Source: an uncultured virus (IMG/VR IMGVR_UViG_3300049448_000779)
Taxonomy: Duplodnaviria; Heunggongvirae; Uroviricota; Caudoviricetes
IMG/VR virus record: IMGVR_UViG_3300049448_000779
Reading direction: 5' to 3' (one strand)
DNA: 64,000 bases
Positions within the stretch are counted from its first letter, which is position 1. The number at the start of each line of letters is the position of its first letter. The position numbers and the translations under genes were made by a program. The notes below the pieces were generated by a model that was given only the letters and a program-made list of their open reading frames with translations, searched no databases and was not told where the DNA came from. This document shows positions 22,909-34,922 of the stretch, piece after piece.

Positions 22909-23157
22909 TTAGACGTGGTGGGGGCTAACGAGTTGCGTCAACAACCCTTGCGATCCAGGGAACGCCATCTGTAGACATGCAGCTGGGAAGTCGCCGGACA
23001 TGACGCGACCATCCACAACCCACACGCACTGGATCAACCCTTTCAGATCTGTTGAGCCGTCGGGCGCGACGCCAATGCCGCGGACCGTCATCTCAGGTGA
23101 CCCGGATTTCAAGTATACCGTCAAGCCGATTACAAACGTGTCAGGTGTTATAGTCAT
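22909..23157 (-). CDS. YodC/DUF2158-like small protein
   Basis: FVIGLTVYLKSGSPEMTV...IQCVW...FP pattern. Confidence 0.7.
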   Translation of the reverse strand: MTITPDTFVIGLTVYLKSGSPEMTVRGIGVAPDGSTDLKGLIQCVWVVDGRVMSGDFPAACLQMAFPGSQGLLTQLVSPHHV

Positions 23158-24768
23158 AGGACCCTCCTATGCTACTCAGAGGTATAAGAAGGGTCTTACG
23201 GTTATTGCATGCGTTGGCTATAGCACCACCTGATTTGGTTACCTCAGCCAGAGCTTGTCGTGGTGTAGAGGGCGAAGATGTCCGGCTTTCGTCTTTTATT
23301 GCGCCGCTGGTTACGCCTCCCCTCCCCTGTTGACTTGGGTTGGTCGGATACTGATGCACTTGGCATGCGTCAGTTTACTCCCTACCAAGAGGGTAAAACT
23401 TGGGAGGACTGGACCGACTACGTACGAGCCCACCATCCCGTTCGGTATTTCCTCGCCGAAATCTTGCCGTTATGGGTGCAACGTCGGTTCATTTGGCCGG
23501 TGGAGCGTTTTTGCTCGTTGGTACTGGATCACGTGCTCAGCAGCCGGCGTTATCACCTGCTAGACCTGCGCGGCGTCGACTCCCTGTCCCACTATCGCCA
23601 CGGGTATCTCGACCCGTCCGAGGTCTTCAGGCTCGCCGGTTGGGCCTCGCTGATGCGCTGGTACCGTGAGAGTGGCCGCGACAAGGATCAGCGACACTGG
23701 GGCCTCGAACTGGACTCGCAGCAGCTGAAGCAGTACTGCGAGGCGCTCGAGTTGGTGAACTATTGGTCGGTCATCCGCGTGGAGCGTGAGACTCGATGCG
23801 ACCAGCTCTATGCTGCGGTGGCGGCGATCCCAACTACGCCGGAGAACCAGCAGCGTTACGAAGCCGCTAGGGACATCTGGCTCCAGCACTTTCGGGAGAG
23901 CGAAGACCTCGAGGAGGCGATGTGGCTGCGGCTTGCAGCGCTGCGATCTTTCCTCTGGGTCTGATGGCTTGACAGTTAGTCGGCTTCCCGCCTACGAGAG
24001 AGTCCCATGGTGGAACGAAGCGTAGCGGAAGAGCATCAGATGGCGTGCTGGTCCGCGCTCTGCACGGTTAGAAGCCTTGGGCGCGCCACGGTTGAGGATG
24101 TGATGAGGCAACAAGGCCTCGTCGAGATCAGGGCCAAGCGAGCGCTGGAGGACTTGGTGCGCGACGGCAAGGTCAGAAAGGAGGGGGGCAACTATCTCCC
24201 GGAGGACTTTTCGGATCACACGCCGACAACTCCGCTCCGCTTGCTGCTCAACACTTTCGACGCTCCGCTAGCTTATTGCAGCTGCAAGGAGGCGCTGTTG
24301 GCGCGATGCTCGGCGGTGCTGGAACTCTCGGGCGTCGTCACCGACTCGGGTTTCTATGAGCGTCATCTTCGGGTTGAGGGGGCAGGCAACACCCACGATC
24401 AAGCCGTAGATCGGTACGATCAAGCGTGGGCTGAGCAGGTGATCCGCGACGCGATCAGTCAGCTGCTGGAGGACTAGTCGGACCTGATCCGCCCTTCTTC
24501 ACCCACTTCGTGCCCCACAACTGTTCAGTTTCAAGCCTGCTTTTGCGCAGCGCCTCAGTCTCTGAGGTCAATGCAGAGCCGGCAACCTCGTATTGGTCGT
24601 TGTTGAACGAACTCTCGACCAGCCACATGTCCGGATCGTCGTGTTCAACGATCGCGCGCATCACGCGCACGTGGCTGTTGTTCTCCTTGCGCTCGGGGTG
24701 GTCCACCGCCACGCAGGCTACGTAGTACTCGCCGACCACAATCTGGGTCTTAGCTTTGGGCATTGGTT

Positions 24769-25104
24769 TCACTGTTCAGGGAACGTCGCTTCAAGAGATT
24801 CGTGCTGCTCGCCATCCAACTCATAGTCAGCGGAGATCCGCTTCTGGAAGACCGCGAACCGCAGCTTGAGATTGTTGCCAGGGCCAAGCTGATGGTTGAG
24901 CCAGCCCACACACGGGATCTCTTTGTCGACGCGGCTCTCATGGCAGGCCATCACGTGCAGCGCGCCACCTAGCTCCAGGTTGCCGGGCTCAGCGATCGTG
25001 CTGGTGAGCCTGCGATGCTTGTCCGCGCAATACCCGTTTGGGATCTCGTGAGGATCGGTCGAGACCTTCCACGGACATTTTGCGCATTGTCGACGTCTGG
25101 CCAC
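24769..25104 (-). CDS. DUF6283-like Cys-rich protein
   Basis: CAKCPW...MACHES...CVGWL motifs. Confidence 0.6.
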   Translation of the reverse strand: MARRRQCAKCPWKVSTDPHEIPNGYCADKHRRLTSTIAEPGNLELGGALHVMACHESRVDKEIPCVGWLNHQLGPGNNLKLRFAVFQKRISADYELDGEQHESLEATFPEQ

Positions 25105-25217
25105 ACCTACATGTTAGCCGATCTGTCGGCGATCAGCCAGTAGGTTAGGAGGCATACAAACGGAGGGTCTGCTTCTCACATACGGCACACTACTAGAGTG
25201 AGCTTCGCTGAGATGGC

Positions 25218-25619
25218 TTGACCGACACCTTGACGTGTGCTGCCATTGCTAACGTGAAGAAAAATCCAACCCAACGTGTGAACAAATCTGAGTGGATCCG
25301 CTCTCAACCAGCGAGCGTTCCCGCTCGGGATGTAGTCGACCTAGCCAAGAAAGGAGGGATCACTCTCTCACTCGCTCAAGTCTACACTGCGCGCTCAGCC
25401 GCTAAGAAGCAGAAGCAGGGCGACGTCAGCGTGAAGAAGCCGGGCCGCCCAACGGGCCGCCTCGCAGCCAGCACCGCAGCCAGCCCTGCAGCCAGCAGCA
25501 AGAGCAACGGAAATGGGCACGATGACATCAGAAAGGAATTCGTGCGGATAGCGATGCGTATCGGCACGGACCAAGCGCGGGATCTTCTCGATCGTATCGT
25601 TGACCAGCAACAGATCTGA
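25218..25619 (+). CDS. Small basic putative DNA-binding protein of a type recalled from Polyangiales
   Basis: NKSEWIRSQPASVPARDVVDLAKKGGITLSLAQVYTARS. Confidence 0.45.
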   Translation: MTDTLTCAAIANVKKNPTQRVNKSEWIRSQPASVPARDVVDLAKKGGITLSLAQVYTARSAAKKQKQGDVSVKKPGRPTGRLAASTAASPAASSKSNGNGHDDIRKEFVRIAMRIGTDQARDLLDRIVDQQQI

Positions 25620-26232
25620 CGATGCAGGGTGCCGGCGCTAGTCGCGGCCTAGTTTACACCGATGGTGTAGCTCGGCAGCATGCCAGACACCCTCATCGAA
25701 CTCACCTGCAACGCAGAGTGGGTCTCTCATGTCGCGCACTCGCGCCGCGAGGCTGAAGCTTACGCACTCGAGGCAAATCGATGGTGGGCTGGGGATCGGC
25801 AGATGCCCTGCCCCTTCGACGAGTACATCCCAGCGGCTGCTTTTGCGGTCGAGTTTGACGCTACCCAGAGCATGCATGGACGCTGGGCAGTGTACGCAGC
25901 CTGTGCTTGGGCGCTGAGCGAGCACAAGACGGTCCAAGGAGCCCTAGCCATGGCGGATCAGCTCTATGACGCTGAGGGGGTGTCTGAGCCGGAGTTAGAA
26001 ATCCTCGTCTTCGGCCAGGCGTACGAACCGACCGATGACACGAACGCTCGTCCGCTTGCGTTCGTGGAGCTGGAGCTAGTCATTTACAAGGGTACCCCAG
26101 AAGGGCTGACTTCTTATCTGATCGGTGGGGTCAAAGGGGCACTCACGACTGAAGAAGAATTCGTACCGGCCTCAGAACTTCAGCCCCTGGAGTAGCGAGA
26201 CTTCAACTTGGGTATCGGTGTAATAACACTGC

Positions 26233-26712
26233 ATGGCCTCTAGCCCTCTGATCAGCCCTCGTCACGAAGCACTGCTCAGCTCTATACTCAACACTCCGCC
26301 GCGCACGCACTCGCTAGATCGAGTGATCGCGCTTCATGAGTGCGGACATGCGATCGTTGGGTTGATCAGCAAGTTGCCCGTCACTGAGGTCGTCTTGGCG
26401 GAGCGGACCGGAGCTACCCGAGTCGAAGGGGACCGCAAGCACATCCCTCCGGGGCTGCTCTCTCTCTTGTACGCCGGCTACTGCGCCGAGATCGAGTTTG
26501 GGATCCAACCTAGGGAGGCCATTGTCGGCGCGCTGGTCGACATGCAGCAAGCCTATTTGTTTTTCCCGGGTCACAACCCATCTATCGAACTAGCCAAGAC
26601 AGGCTCACTCGTGACCTACCATAGACAGGCGATCCACCGGGCCTCAATAGAGTTAATGGCAAAGCGGAAGCTCTACCGAGACGATCTATTGAGATTGATG
26701 GATGCAGCCTAG
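26233..26712 (+). CDS. Stand-alone peptidase M41/FtsH-protease-like domain protein
   Basis: IALHECGHAIVG...LYAGYCAE...GALVDMQQA. Confidence 0.65.
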   Translation: MASSPLISPRHEALLSSILNTPPRTHSLDRVIALHECGHAIVGLISKLPVTEVVLAERTGATRVEGDRKHIPPGLLSLLYAGYCAEIEFGIQPREAIVGALVDMQQAYLFFPGHNPSIELAKTGSLVTYHRQAIHRASIELMAKRKLYRDDLLRLMDAA

Positions 26713-27418
26713 CCTACAGTGGTCACCATCGCGGCGTCGAGTGCCGGCCCAGATTCGTAGATAATCCCGACCGAGCCCATCCAGTGCTCTACCGGGGCGC
26801 CAGTCTTGGGGTGTTGAAATGATCCTGTGGCGAGAGCCTTCTCTAGAGTCGCATAGTCAACCGTGTACTCTTCGCCATCCGAAAAGACCCAGCGACTGCG
26901 AAGGATGTGGAGCGGCTCATGGGATAGCAGAATGAACGCCGTGTAGACCTCCTGCAACGGCAGCTGCAGGTCCTCCGGAGCGAACGCCGTACCCGGCCCT
27001 GCCCACAGCCTTGCGAGTCGGTCGATCACTGCCCGCATCGGCAAGTCGGGCCGCATCTTGAACGCGCGGTCTTTGAGGTCTTCTAGAGTCATATGGAAGG
27101 TCCGGCCAGGCGCACCGGTTTGTGCTCGTCGGTGATGACTATATTGTAGATCTCGAGCATCTTCCGCTTGAAGACTTCCCAGTCCTCATTGGTGGTCGTC
27201 CCCATCCGCGCACTACCCTTAGTGCAGTATCCCCCAGCGCAGCTGCCAGCGAGGTGGATATCAATGCCGAGCACGCCGAAGCGCGCGATCAAACCATTCG
27301 GGCCGTTCACCCAGAGCGTGCGGGCGTCTTTGACGAACTCCAGATCGCTGGTTCCCATTGCTCCAACGGTACACGAGACCACGTGTCAATGCGAGCTGGC
27401 GGCAAGCGCCTGGTACCT

Positions 27419-28075
27419 CTAGCGCCCTTGTGGGCTAAGCTGACACAACAAACAATAGTAACTTGAGTCCACCTGTAGCCAGTCATGATCGCACCCAAGT
27501 TGTAGAACGGTGGCACTCAAATGGTAGAGCTTCACAATGTTCGGATGTATCGGGTGCGGGTGAATCTCGGGCTTCGCGTTTGGCACGATCCCGCGTCCAA
27601 TGGCTAACCAGTTTCTGCGTGTTCGGAGTTCTCGAACCGCCATTTGCTCGACCCATTCAACGTACCTCGCGAGCCTCAGCTCGTGGGCCTTCTGCACGGC
27701 GAGCTTGCGCGTCGCCCGCGCCCGAGCTGAGAGTCGCGATTTGCGCGCCTTCTGGGGCTTTGTAGGCGGTGCGCTCAGGGACTTCTCAAGCTTGGGCATA
27801 TCCGCTGAACCCAAGCTCATCAGCCGCCCGCGAAACTCATCCGGGTGCAGGAACGTGATGAATGTCCGATCCCTGGGCTGCCACACCACCACTACCGTGC
27901 GACCTGCGATCTCTACTGCGTGTAGCTCGCGGGCGTTGTCTTGGTAGCCAAGGAGCGCTGACTTCCCGGTGTCGAGCTTGACCGCCAACTGCTGAATCAA
28001 ATCTTCGTCCAAGATAAGGTTGAACCGTTCGTACAACCGCTGCTCAGCGTGTTCTGACGGATGGGCTTCCACCAT
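27419..28075 (-). CDS. Hypothetical protein with HAEQR-LYER N-domain (possible RelE/BECR-like fold)
   Basis: SEHAEQRLYERF...VVVVW...FITFL pattern. Confidence 0.35.
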   Translation of the reverse strand: MVEAHPSEHAEQRLYERFNLILDEDLIQQLAVKLDTGKSALLGYQDNARELHAVEIAGRTVVVVWQPRDRTFITFLHPDEFRGRLMSLGSADMPKLEKSLSAPPTKPQKARKSRLSARARATRKLAVQKAHELRLARYVEWVEQMAVRELRTRRNWLAIGRGIVPNAKPEIHPHPIHPNIVKLYHLSATVLQLGCDHDWLQVDSSYYCLLCQLSPQGR

Positions 28076-28117
28076 CCCTGTTACACCACGGACACATCAT
28101 CGGTGTAGCCGTGAAAC

Positions 28118-28690
28118 CTAAGCTGCTCGGCGGCGGAGGCGGAGTGTCCTTGCCAGCAAGCTCTTTTTGCGGTGCTGGCTGCATTGCGCGTAGGGCTCGT
28201 TCGTATGCGAGTTAACCTCGCAGGATTTGCCACATGTGACGCAGCGCCCTTCCGCTCGCCAGCGAGCTTTGCACTCGGCGACCCGTTTTCGGACGTTTTC
28301 TGGTCGTTCGTTCCGAGACGAGCGGCGACGTCTACGTATGATCGAGCGCCGCTTGGCAATTGGCAGAGCCGCCCATTGGGCACGCCCATTCGCCAGGCAG
28401 TTGTCGCAGAGGATATTGCCGTCCTTCGGCGCGTGGCCACACTTCGGACAAAGCCCGTCGAGGCGCCTGTTCTCCTGCAGCTCCGCCATGCGGCCAGAAA
28501 AATAATCGAGGCACTCCTGGCATGACTTGCGCTGCGGCACCCGCTCGCGGCCGCATTTGCAGAGCTTCTGCCGCCGCCGACGCGCGACCCTAGCCCGCAG
28601 CTTCGCGTTGATCTCGGTCCGGCATGGGTCGCACCGCTTGAAGCCCTTCGGCGCCCGGCGCTTGTTGCAGGCGGTACACTTTGGTCTCAT
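28118..28690 (-). CDS. Multi-CxxC zinc-finger basic protein
   Basis: Repeated CxxC pairs separated by Arg-rich helices. Confidence 0.65.
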   Translation of the reverse strand: MRPKCTACNKRRAPKGFKRCDPCRTEINAKLRARVARRRRQKLCKCGRERVPQRKSCQECLDYFSGRMAELQENRRLDGLCPKCGHAPKDGNILCDNCLANGRAQWAALPIAKRRSIIRRRRRSSRNERPENVRKRVAECKARWRAEGRCVTCGKSCEVNSHTNEPYAQCSQHRKKSLLARTLRLRRRAA

Positions 28691-31541
28691 GGCCGCGGTT
28701 TCTACCACAACGGCCAAATCCTTTTGAATGGCCCCGCGGCGCTGGCCTGCAATGGCTACCCGAGCGCGTTGAGCCGCTTGAGGCAAGCAGGGCACGTTGC
28801 CGGCTGCTCTGCGCGAGCGTCGCTCCACTGAATGGCGGGCCGCTTGCCGCACAGAGCTTTTTCCATGTGGCCTCCGAGTTGGCCGGCGCAGTTCGGTGTG
28901 GCGAGGACGTGCCACTTGATGCGGCGGCGGCCGTTGCCCGTTCGGCAGTCGCCGGCCATGTAGCGGACTTCGTGCTGCACCGGGCGCGGCAAACTCGCTT
29001 CTGCGTGCAGATTGGCGAATAGTTGATCGGCCTGCCTGACGTGGTACTTGCGCGACGCGCTCGCGTCCACGGCGCGCACCTTGTAGACCGTCTTGGCTTG
29101 ATCGGCGGACGTCCAGTTGACGACGGTGTTGGGCTCGCGAATAGCGATAACTACGACGCCAACCACTACGCCATGGATCTGAGTGAAGAGGCGCTGACCG
29201 ATTTGAATGACCACACTCTAGCTACACGCCAGGAGCGCAAAACTTCACGTAGGGGGAGTTGGCTGTACATAATTGGAGGCGAGAAGCACGGGCGCAGGTG
29301 GGTAAAAATCCCATCTGCTTTGGGTGTGACACCTGGAGCACGTGTAGTAGATCAGCCCGTCATCCCAGTACTCAGAAGCACTTGACACCAAGTCGGTTTT
29401 GCAACCAGGGCAGAATGCCTGACTATGCGACTGCTGCTCGTTATGGTGCCGCCAGAGAGCTGCCAAGAAGCGCCTGAGTTCTAGCCACACGCGTCCGAGG
29501 ACGAAACCGCCAAAGCCAGCGAGCGCGTACCACGATAGGAATTGCCAGACTGTGATCTTCATGGGCTGTTACCCCTGTCGCCGAGGAGCTTGTGTCGCAA
29601 GTAACTGACCACTTCAACATCCGTGAACGAGCTAGCAGCTAGGGCGGCGCCTTGATCCAACTCGTCGCGACGAGCATTAATCGCGCGAGCGATCTCCGGC
29701 CACTCGTCCGCGCTGAGTCCAGCATCGAACTCGAGATGGAAATCGTTGCACCCCTCGTCGCTGAAGTACTCTTCGAGGCAGCCTAGCGCCCATTTGAGTA
29801 GCTTGGCTTCAGCGGGGGTTAGAGGCTTGGCTTCGGGGGTGATCATGAGGGGGAGCTATACCACGGATGGCCGACTTTGCTCGGGCACGTTTCTTGGGTT
29901 TTACTCTCTCAAGTCCGAAACACTGCGCGGTGTTCTTGGCGATTTCGAGGTTGTTTAGGAGCTGAGCTTGGCATTGCCCTCTCTCATGACAAGGCGGCAC
30001 GCCCATGAGTTCATCCAACCCGTCGATATATTCCGTGACGGATCGAACGAGCTGCTCCAAGTGAATACGCACTAGAGAGTCTCTTCGTGGTCGCTCTTGA
30101 GACATGCTGGTGACCGTAACAAAATACCACACGTGGCAAAAGAGATCTTAGTTGGCTAGCAATCCACGTCATCACTAAACTTTACACCCTGAACAGAAAT
30201 AACCCTAGTCCAAGCCTTGTGCCGCAGTCAGTTAGTTGGCTACATTGGCTACCCATGTGGGTCTAGAAAGTCGGCTTGAAGTTTAGCCTAGTCAGGATGT
30301 ATCTAAGGCATGGATAAAGTCTCAGTCGAAGCCGCGATGCAGCAGTGTTGCGACGCGATCAACGTTGCGGATATTCCTGGTCGGCGTGGTAAAGCGCGCT
30401 ACCTGAGCGGCGGGATCTCGGCCGAATATGAGCAGGGCCGCTCAAACGTGAGTGTGAGCGTCGACCTCCTCTTCGAGCACGCCGACGGGCGGCGGAAGCT
30501 CAAGGGTATCGTCAAAGTCAGCTGCAACGCGACTCAGCTCAGTGTCGAGGCAGCTCGAGACTTCGTCGCGCTCTACCAGCGGGTGCAGAGCCTCGCTCAA
30601 ACGGTGCAGGGCTACCTCGACTCAATTGAGATAAGCGCCGCGTGACAAGGGTTCCCCTACTCTTTGCGGTGCCCAGCACTGTAGCTCAGCGCCTTGGCCA
30701 CAAACGCCACGTGCACACCCAACGCTTCCGCCTCGGTCGCTGATTGCAGCTGTTCCACAGCGGTCAGCGTGCCCTTGACGAAAATCGTAGATTCAAAAAT
30801 CAGGGGGGCTCGCGTGTTGTCCATCCGATACGGATCCATGCCTGTCCAGATGGTTGCAACGCGATAGCCTCCGACCACTTGATCGAGCAGGAAGCGATAG
30901 GCCCTGTCCTCGAACAGTTCACCCCAGCGCCTGATCGAGATCGGCTGGCCCTGTCGGTCGAAATAGTGATCCATGCGACGGGATACGGGTAGCAGCTTCG
31001 GCCTCCGGTGTACATGCCGGGATGCCCCCCGCTGCTCCGCCAAATCACCACACGGTGCATGCTAAGAGTTGAAGGCTTTGATCGCGACCCTGGCGAGGTT
31101 GAGGAAGAACTCTTTGGCCTCTGCCTGAATTTCGTCCCACGGCTCGTTCCAGACCCCCTGCATGGCTGCTGCCCCTAGCGTGGCGTTGTACAGGGCTTCC
31201 GCGACTGTGAGTTCGCGCGGATCGCAGCTATTTGGGCATACCAGCGACGTGAACACCGGGCTCAGTGGGCTTTGACAGATCGGGCAGAGCATGTCTGCCG
31301 GCACTACACCAACGATGTTCAGGCCTTACCCCTCTTGGTTGGGGTCGAGATCCCATCTTCGGTGATTTCGATCGTCATGTCCCCGGTCGTCATTCCCTGT
31401 AGACGGGAGAACTCGCCTGGCTCGACTGCGATCACGATCTCCCCCTCTTGGGTTATCCCAAGAACTGCGGAGGTGGCTCCCCCGCTTTGAAACAGCTCGA
31501 CCAACTCGTGCCCCTTCTCGACACTTGAGACGGAGATCACG

Positions 31542-32783
31542 ATGGTCCCTTTGGGCAGTTTCATTTCATCCATGCCGGTCTCTACACTTGCAACGCCGGT
31601 GGGAGATCCACTTGTAACCCAGGTCTGTGTGAGCCGTGCGACTCGAGTTCTGGTTAGATACCTTACAGCTGAGGCCCGCGTATCCCCAAAGGCAGCCCTT
31701 GATATCTTCCGGCGCTACGCCCCGAAGATCGAGGCAAACCGTGACGGGGATCCGACTATGGCCGCACAACTCTACCTTGAGATGGCCGGTCAGATTCACC
31801 CGCTATCCGAGGCTCTTGAAGGGGTCGTGATCCAGCGCAAGGACGAGCAGCGCAAGCTCGACCATCTACGCGTACTGCTGCGGCGCCTTGGGCGCGCCAC
31901 GGAGCCCAGCACTCTCAAATCCTGGGATAGTGAAGACGAGCTGGCTTCCTGGATCAAGATCCGTCTCGAGGGACTGGAAGAGATCTTGAGAAGCTTGGTT
32001 CGCATCGGGGTGCGTTTGAGCGAGTACACGGAAAGCATCCAGCGAACGTACAGCTATGGCCCGTACACCGTGGTGAACCATCATGGGTTCCGTGCGGAAG
32101 AGGTCGAGCAGGCCCTCAAGAACCTGGACGACGCGACAACCCTCGTGCAGGCATCTGGGTTCAGGTCGGCCATCTATGGAGAGATCACTCTCGAGTCTCC
32201 GAAGGGGGTCAGCTATGCTGGTAAGTACGAGGCAACCCCGGACACCATTCAGCTCAACGTCGCGGCTCGGAATCGCTTCGACGCAGTCTATACTCTCGTG
32301 CACGAGATCGGGCATAGAGTCTGGTTCAAGCTGTTGACCGACGCACAACGCGACGCATACGAGGATCAATACTTCGGCACGGCGAACCGAGCGATCTCTG
32401 TGCCGGAACGCGAGACCATGTGGCATGCATTCCAGCGCGCCGAGTTCAACCCCCGCCGCGTCAAGGCCCTGCTTCCGACGGAGCTGCGCGACGTGTGGGG
32501 CGCGTATTGGAAGGAGCGCAGCAAGGTCACGCGCTGGCCCAAGCCGGCGGAACTAGCCAATCCAGGCCCCAACGTAATGACTCTTGAAACCGTGCACCGG
32601 AATTTCGTGATGCCCAAGACGCGCTACGTGGTGTTGGATGAGTCCGTGCGGTCAGTCACCGACTACGGTAAGACCAACGTCAGGGAGGACTTCGCGGAGG
32701 TGTTCGCGCACTACTGCTCTGGCAAGCCTCTGACCGATGATGCTGAGCTGCGATTCAGCGCGGCGACGGGCCGGCACGTGTAG
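31542..32783 (+). CDS. Zincin-like metallopeptidase-domain protein, paralog of 13807-14967; true start likely GTG ~31629
   Basis: TLVHEIGHR plus YGKTNVREDFAEVF; N-terminal RVLVRYL. Confidence 0.7.
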   Translation: MVPLGSFISSMPVSTLATPVGDPLVTQVCVSRATRVLVRYLTAEARVSPKAALDIFRRYAPKIEANRDGDPTMAAQLYLEMAGQIHPLSEALEGVVIQRKDEQRKLDHLRVLLRRLGRATEPSTLKSWDSEDELASWIKIRLEGLEEILRSLVRIGVRLSEYTESIQRTYSYGPYTVVNHHGFRAEEVEQALKNLDDATTLVQASGFRSAIYGEITLESPKGVSYAGKYEATPDTIQLNVAARNRFDAVYTLVHEIGHRVWFKLLTDAQRDAYEDQYFGTANRAISVPERETMWHAFQRAEFNPRRVKALLPTELRDVWGAYWKERSKVTRWPKPAELANPGPNVMTLETVHRNFVMPKTRYVVLDESVRSVTDYGKTNVREDFAEVFAHYCSGKPLTDDAELRFSAATGRHV

Positions 32784-32812
32784 ACCTGCGGACCTCGGTC
32801 GACCGCGACGGT

Positions 32813-33055
32813 CTACTCGCGCGCCTTGAGTTTGTCGGAGTTCTTCTCAATGAACTGGCGAATCTGGTCAGCTATGTCTAGCAACTTCAGCCACTGCTCC
32901 TTGTACAGCGTCACGGGGAAGCGGCCCAACCCGTAGACTGAGAGACCGCCCTTCGTGCCGATCTTCAGGCTGACGGAGCGATTGCCGCCGTTGCTTTTCT
33001 TGAGCTGGTTGTTTTCTGCACGCAAGCGCTCGAGTTCTGCTTGGAGGTCGTCCAT
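32813..33055 (-). CDS. Conserved bacterial small protein (coiled coil plus KGGLSVYGLGRFPVTLYKEQW domain)
   Basis: Family motif recognised from memory. Confidence 0.7.
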   Translation of the reverse strand: MDDLQAELERLRAENNQLKKSNGGNRSVSLKIGTKGGLSVYGLGRFPVTLYKEQWLKLLDIADQIRQFIEKNSDKLKARE

Positions 33056-34922
33056 AGGAAGAGTACGGTAGCCTTTATCTTATGTGGGGGCTATGGCTAT
33101 GACATCTAAGACTCAAGGACTGGAGCAGTACGTCGTTACCCGTCCGGTCGTCACAGACGATCTTGATGCTGAAGAGCAGACTGTCGTGATCGCCTGCTGT
33201 ACTAGCCTTGAGGCGGCCGACGCAGCGCGCCGATTGCTGCTAGATGAGCTGGCCAGCGAGGATTCTCTCGCGCCTTAGAAACGTTTTCGATGCCCTAAGG
33301 CAGAACTCGCCCGACTCATCATCCCACCAGGAAGCAAGGAGCAGCTTCGCGGTGGCATCCATGAAGATGACGGGCCGTTCCCTAGAGCCTGTAGGGAAAT
33401 CCCTGGACATGTAGGCATGTAGATCCGTGAAGCCAGCAGCGTTACAACGCATGACGAAGGCGTTGATTCGCTCATTTCGGCTCTTGAGGTACTCAAGCGA
33501 GTATGTCACGTTTTTCATGCTCTCTGATTCACGCACGCGGCGCATCGTACGTGAACGCAACCATACTGCCAATGCTGCTTGAGTACGGCACTAAGCTCAA
33601 CGCGTTTTTATGTGGTTCATCCGACAACACTACCACTATGAACAAACACACCTCAGCTAGCTGATGCGGAGGAAGCATCGGCAGAAAGGATCACGGTATG
33701 GCCCTGTTCGCTCTTTACCGCATCCTACCCACCGAAGGCAGAATACACGTGTTATTCTCTGATGTTCGGCCCGATGGACGTTCCGCGCAACACTACTGCA
33801 CTCTGGAGTCTAGCCGACTCTGGCTAGTCAGAGAGGTAGCAGATGAACTGCGGCGGATGGGGTTCCCGCTGGAGTTCGACCGTCGAACCGACAATGACGC
33901 TGAAACAAGGCTCTTTTGCGTACATCGGATTCCCAACGGTGAGGTGCGAAGTACAGCAGACGCTGTCCGGACAGTGTGTTCACGCCATGGGCTCTCGATA
34001 CGGGTCACGACGTACGCGGGCGGAGAGCTACTACCAGCCCCTGAGCCTGCGGCCATTCATGCGCCTGCAAACGAGTCCCGCAGCAAAACAGTCTGATCGT
34101 TCCTACCGAGGGCAAGCCAAGCCAATCATTGGCTAGCCAATCCTCGGTCAGGAGGACTATAGATTCGCTGAGCGGATCTTGTCGTGGGCTGTGGCCTCGT
34201 GTTACAGCAGGCTCAAGCCATGCTCACCGAACCCGAGCGACTCCACGAGCAGCACCGGAAGATTTGCCCCGTATGCTCGACTCTAGGGGTAAGGCGCACT
34301 TGGCTCGAGTTCATGGTCCGCGAATTTACGCCAGCCGGCGAGATCATCGAGGTGCTGATCAAGCAGACGAACGAACCTCTGGAAGATAGGGACATCAGAT
34401 GGGTCCTCGGGCACATTACCTCGCTGATCACTCTTCCACCCCAACCCGCTCAACCTGGCATTGAACCTGAAGTTAAGCGGCCGAAGTTCAGCTGGGTTGG
34501 GGCAGCCCTGCTTCTCGTGATCGTCGTCTTACTGGTCGCCCTGTTCGATGACCTGCCGTTGTGACGCGAGGAAGAGGTCGGCCTCTTCTGGCGAGCACTG
34601 GCGCTCGCGGGCGACTTCTTGCACCAGCATGTACTCATCCATGTAGAGCGCTTGCACTCCGCCGAGACAGCGTTGCAGGTCGACGAAAGCTAGACTGATC
34701 TCTTCGTAGCCTAGGACCGAAGCGCGAGCGTAGGCTTGGTCGTTTAGCAGCTCCTCAAGTGTAATGAGTTGCTTCCGCAGCTCCCCGGCTGCTTCCAGCA
34801 CACCTTCTACCTCCAGCTTCATCTCGTTCGTGATTGAGTTTGCGGCGTCCACGTAATCTTGGGTGTTCACTTTTTTTGGCTACACCGGGATCGATGTTTC
34901 GACTTCCGGTGTAGATGGACCC

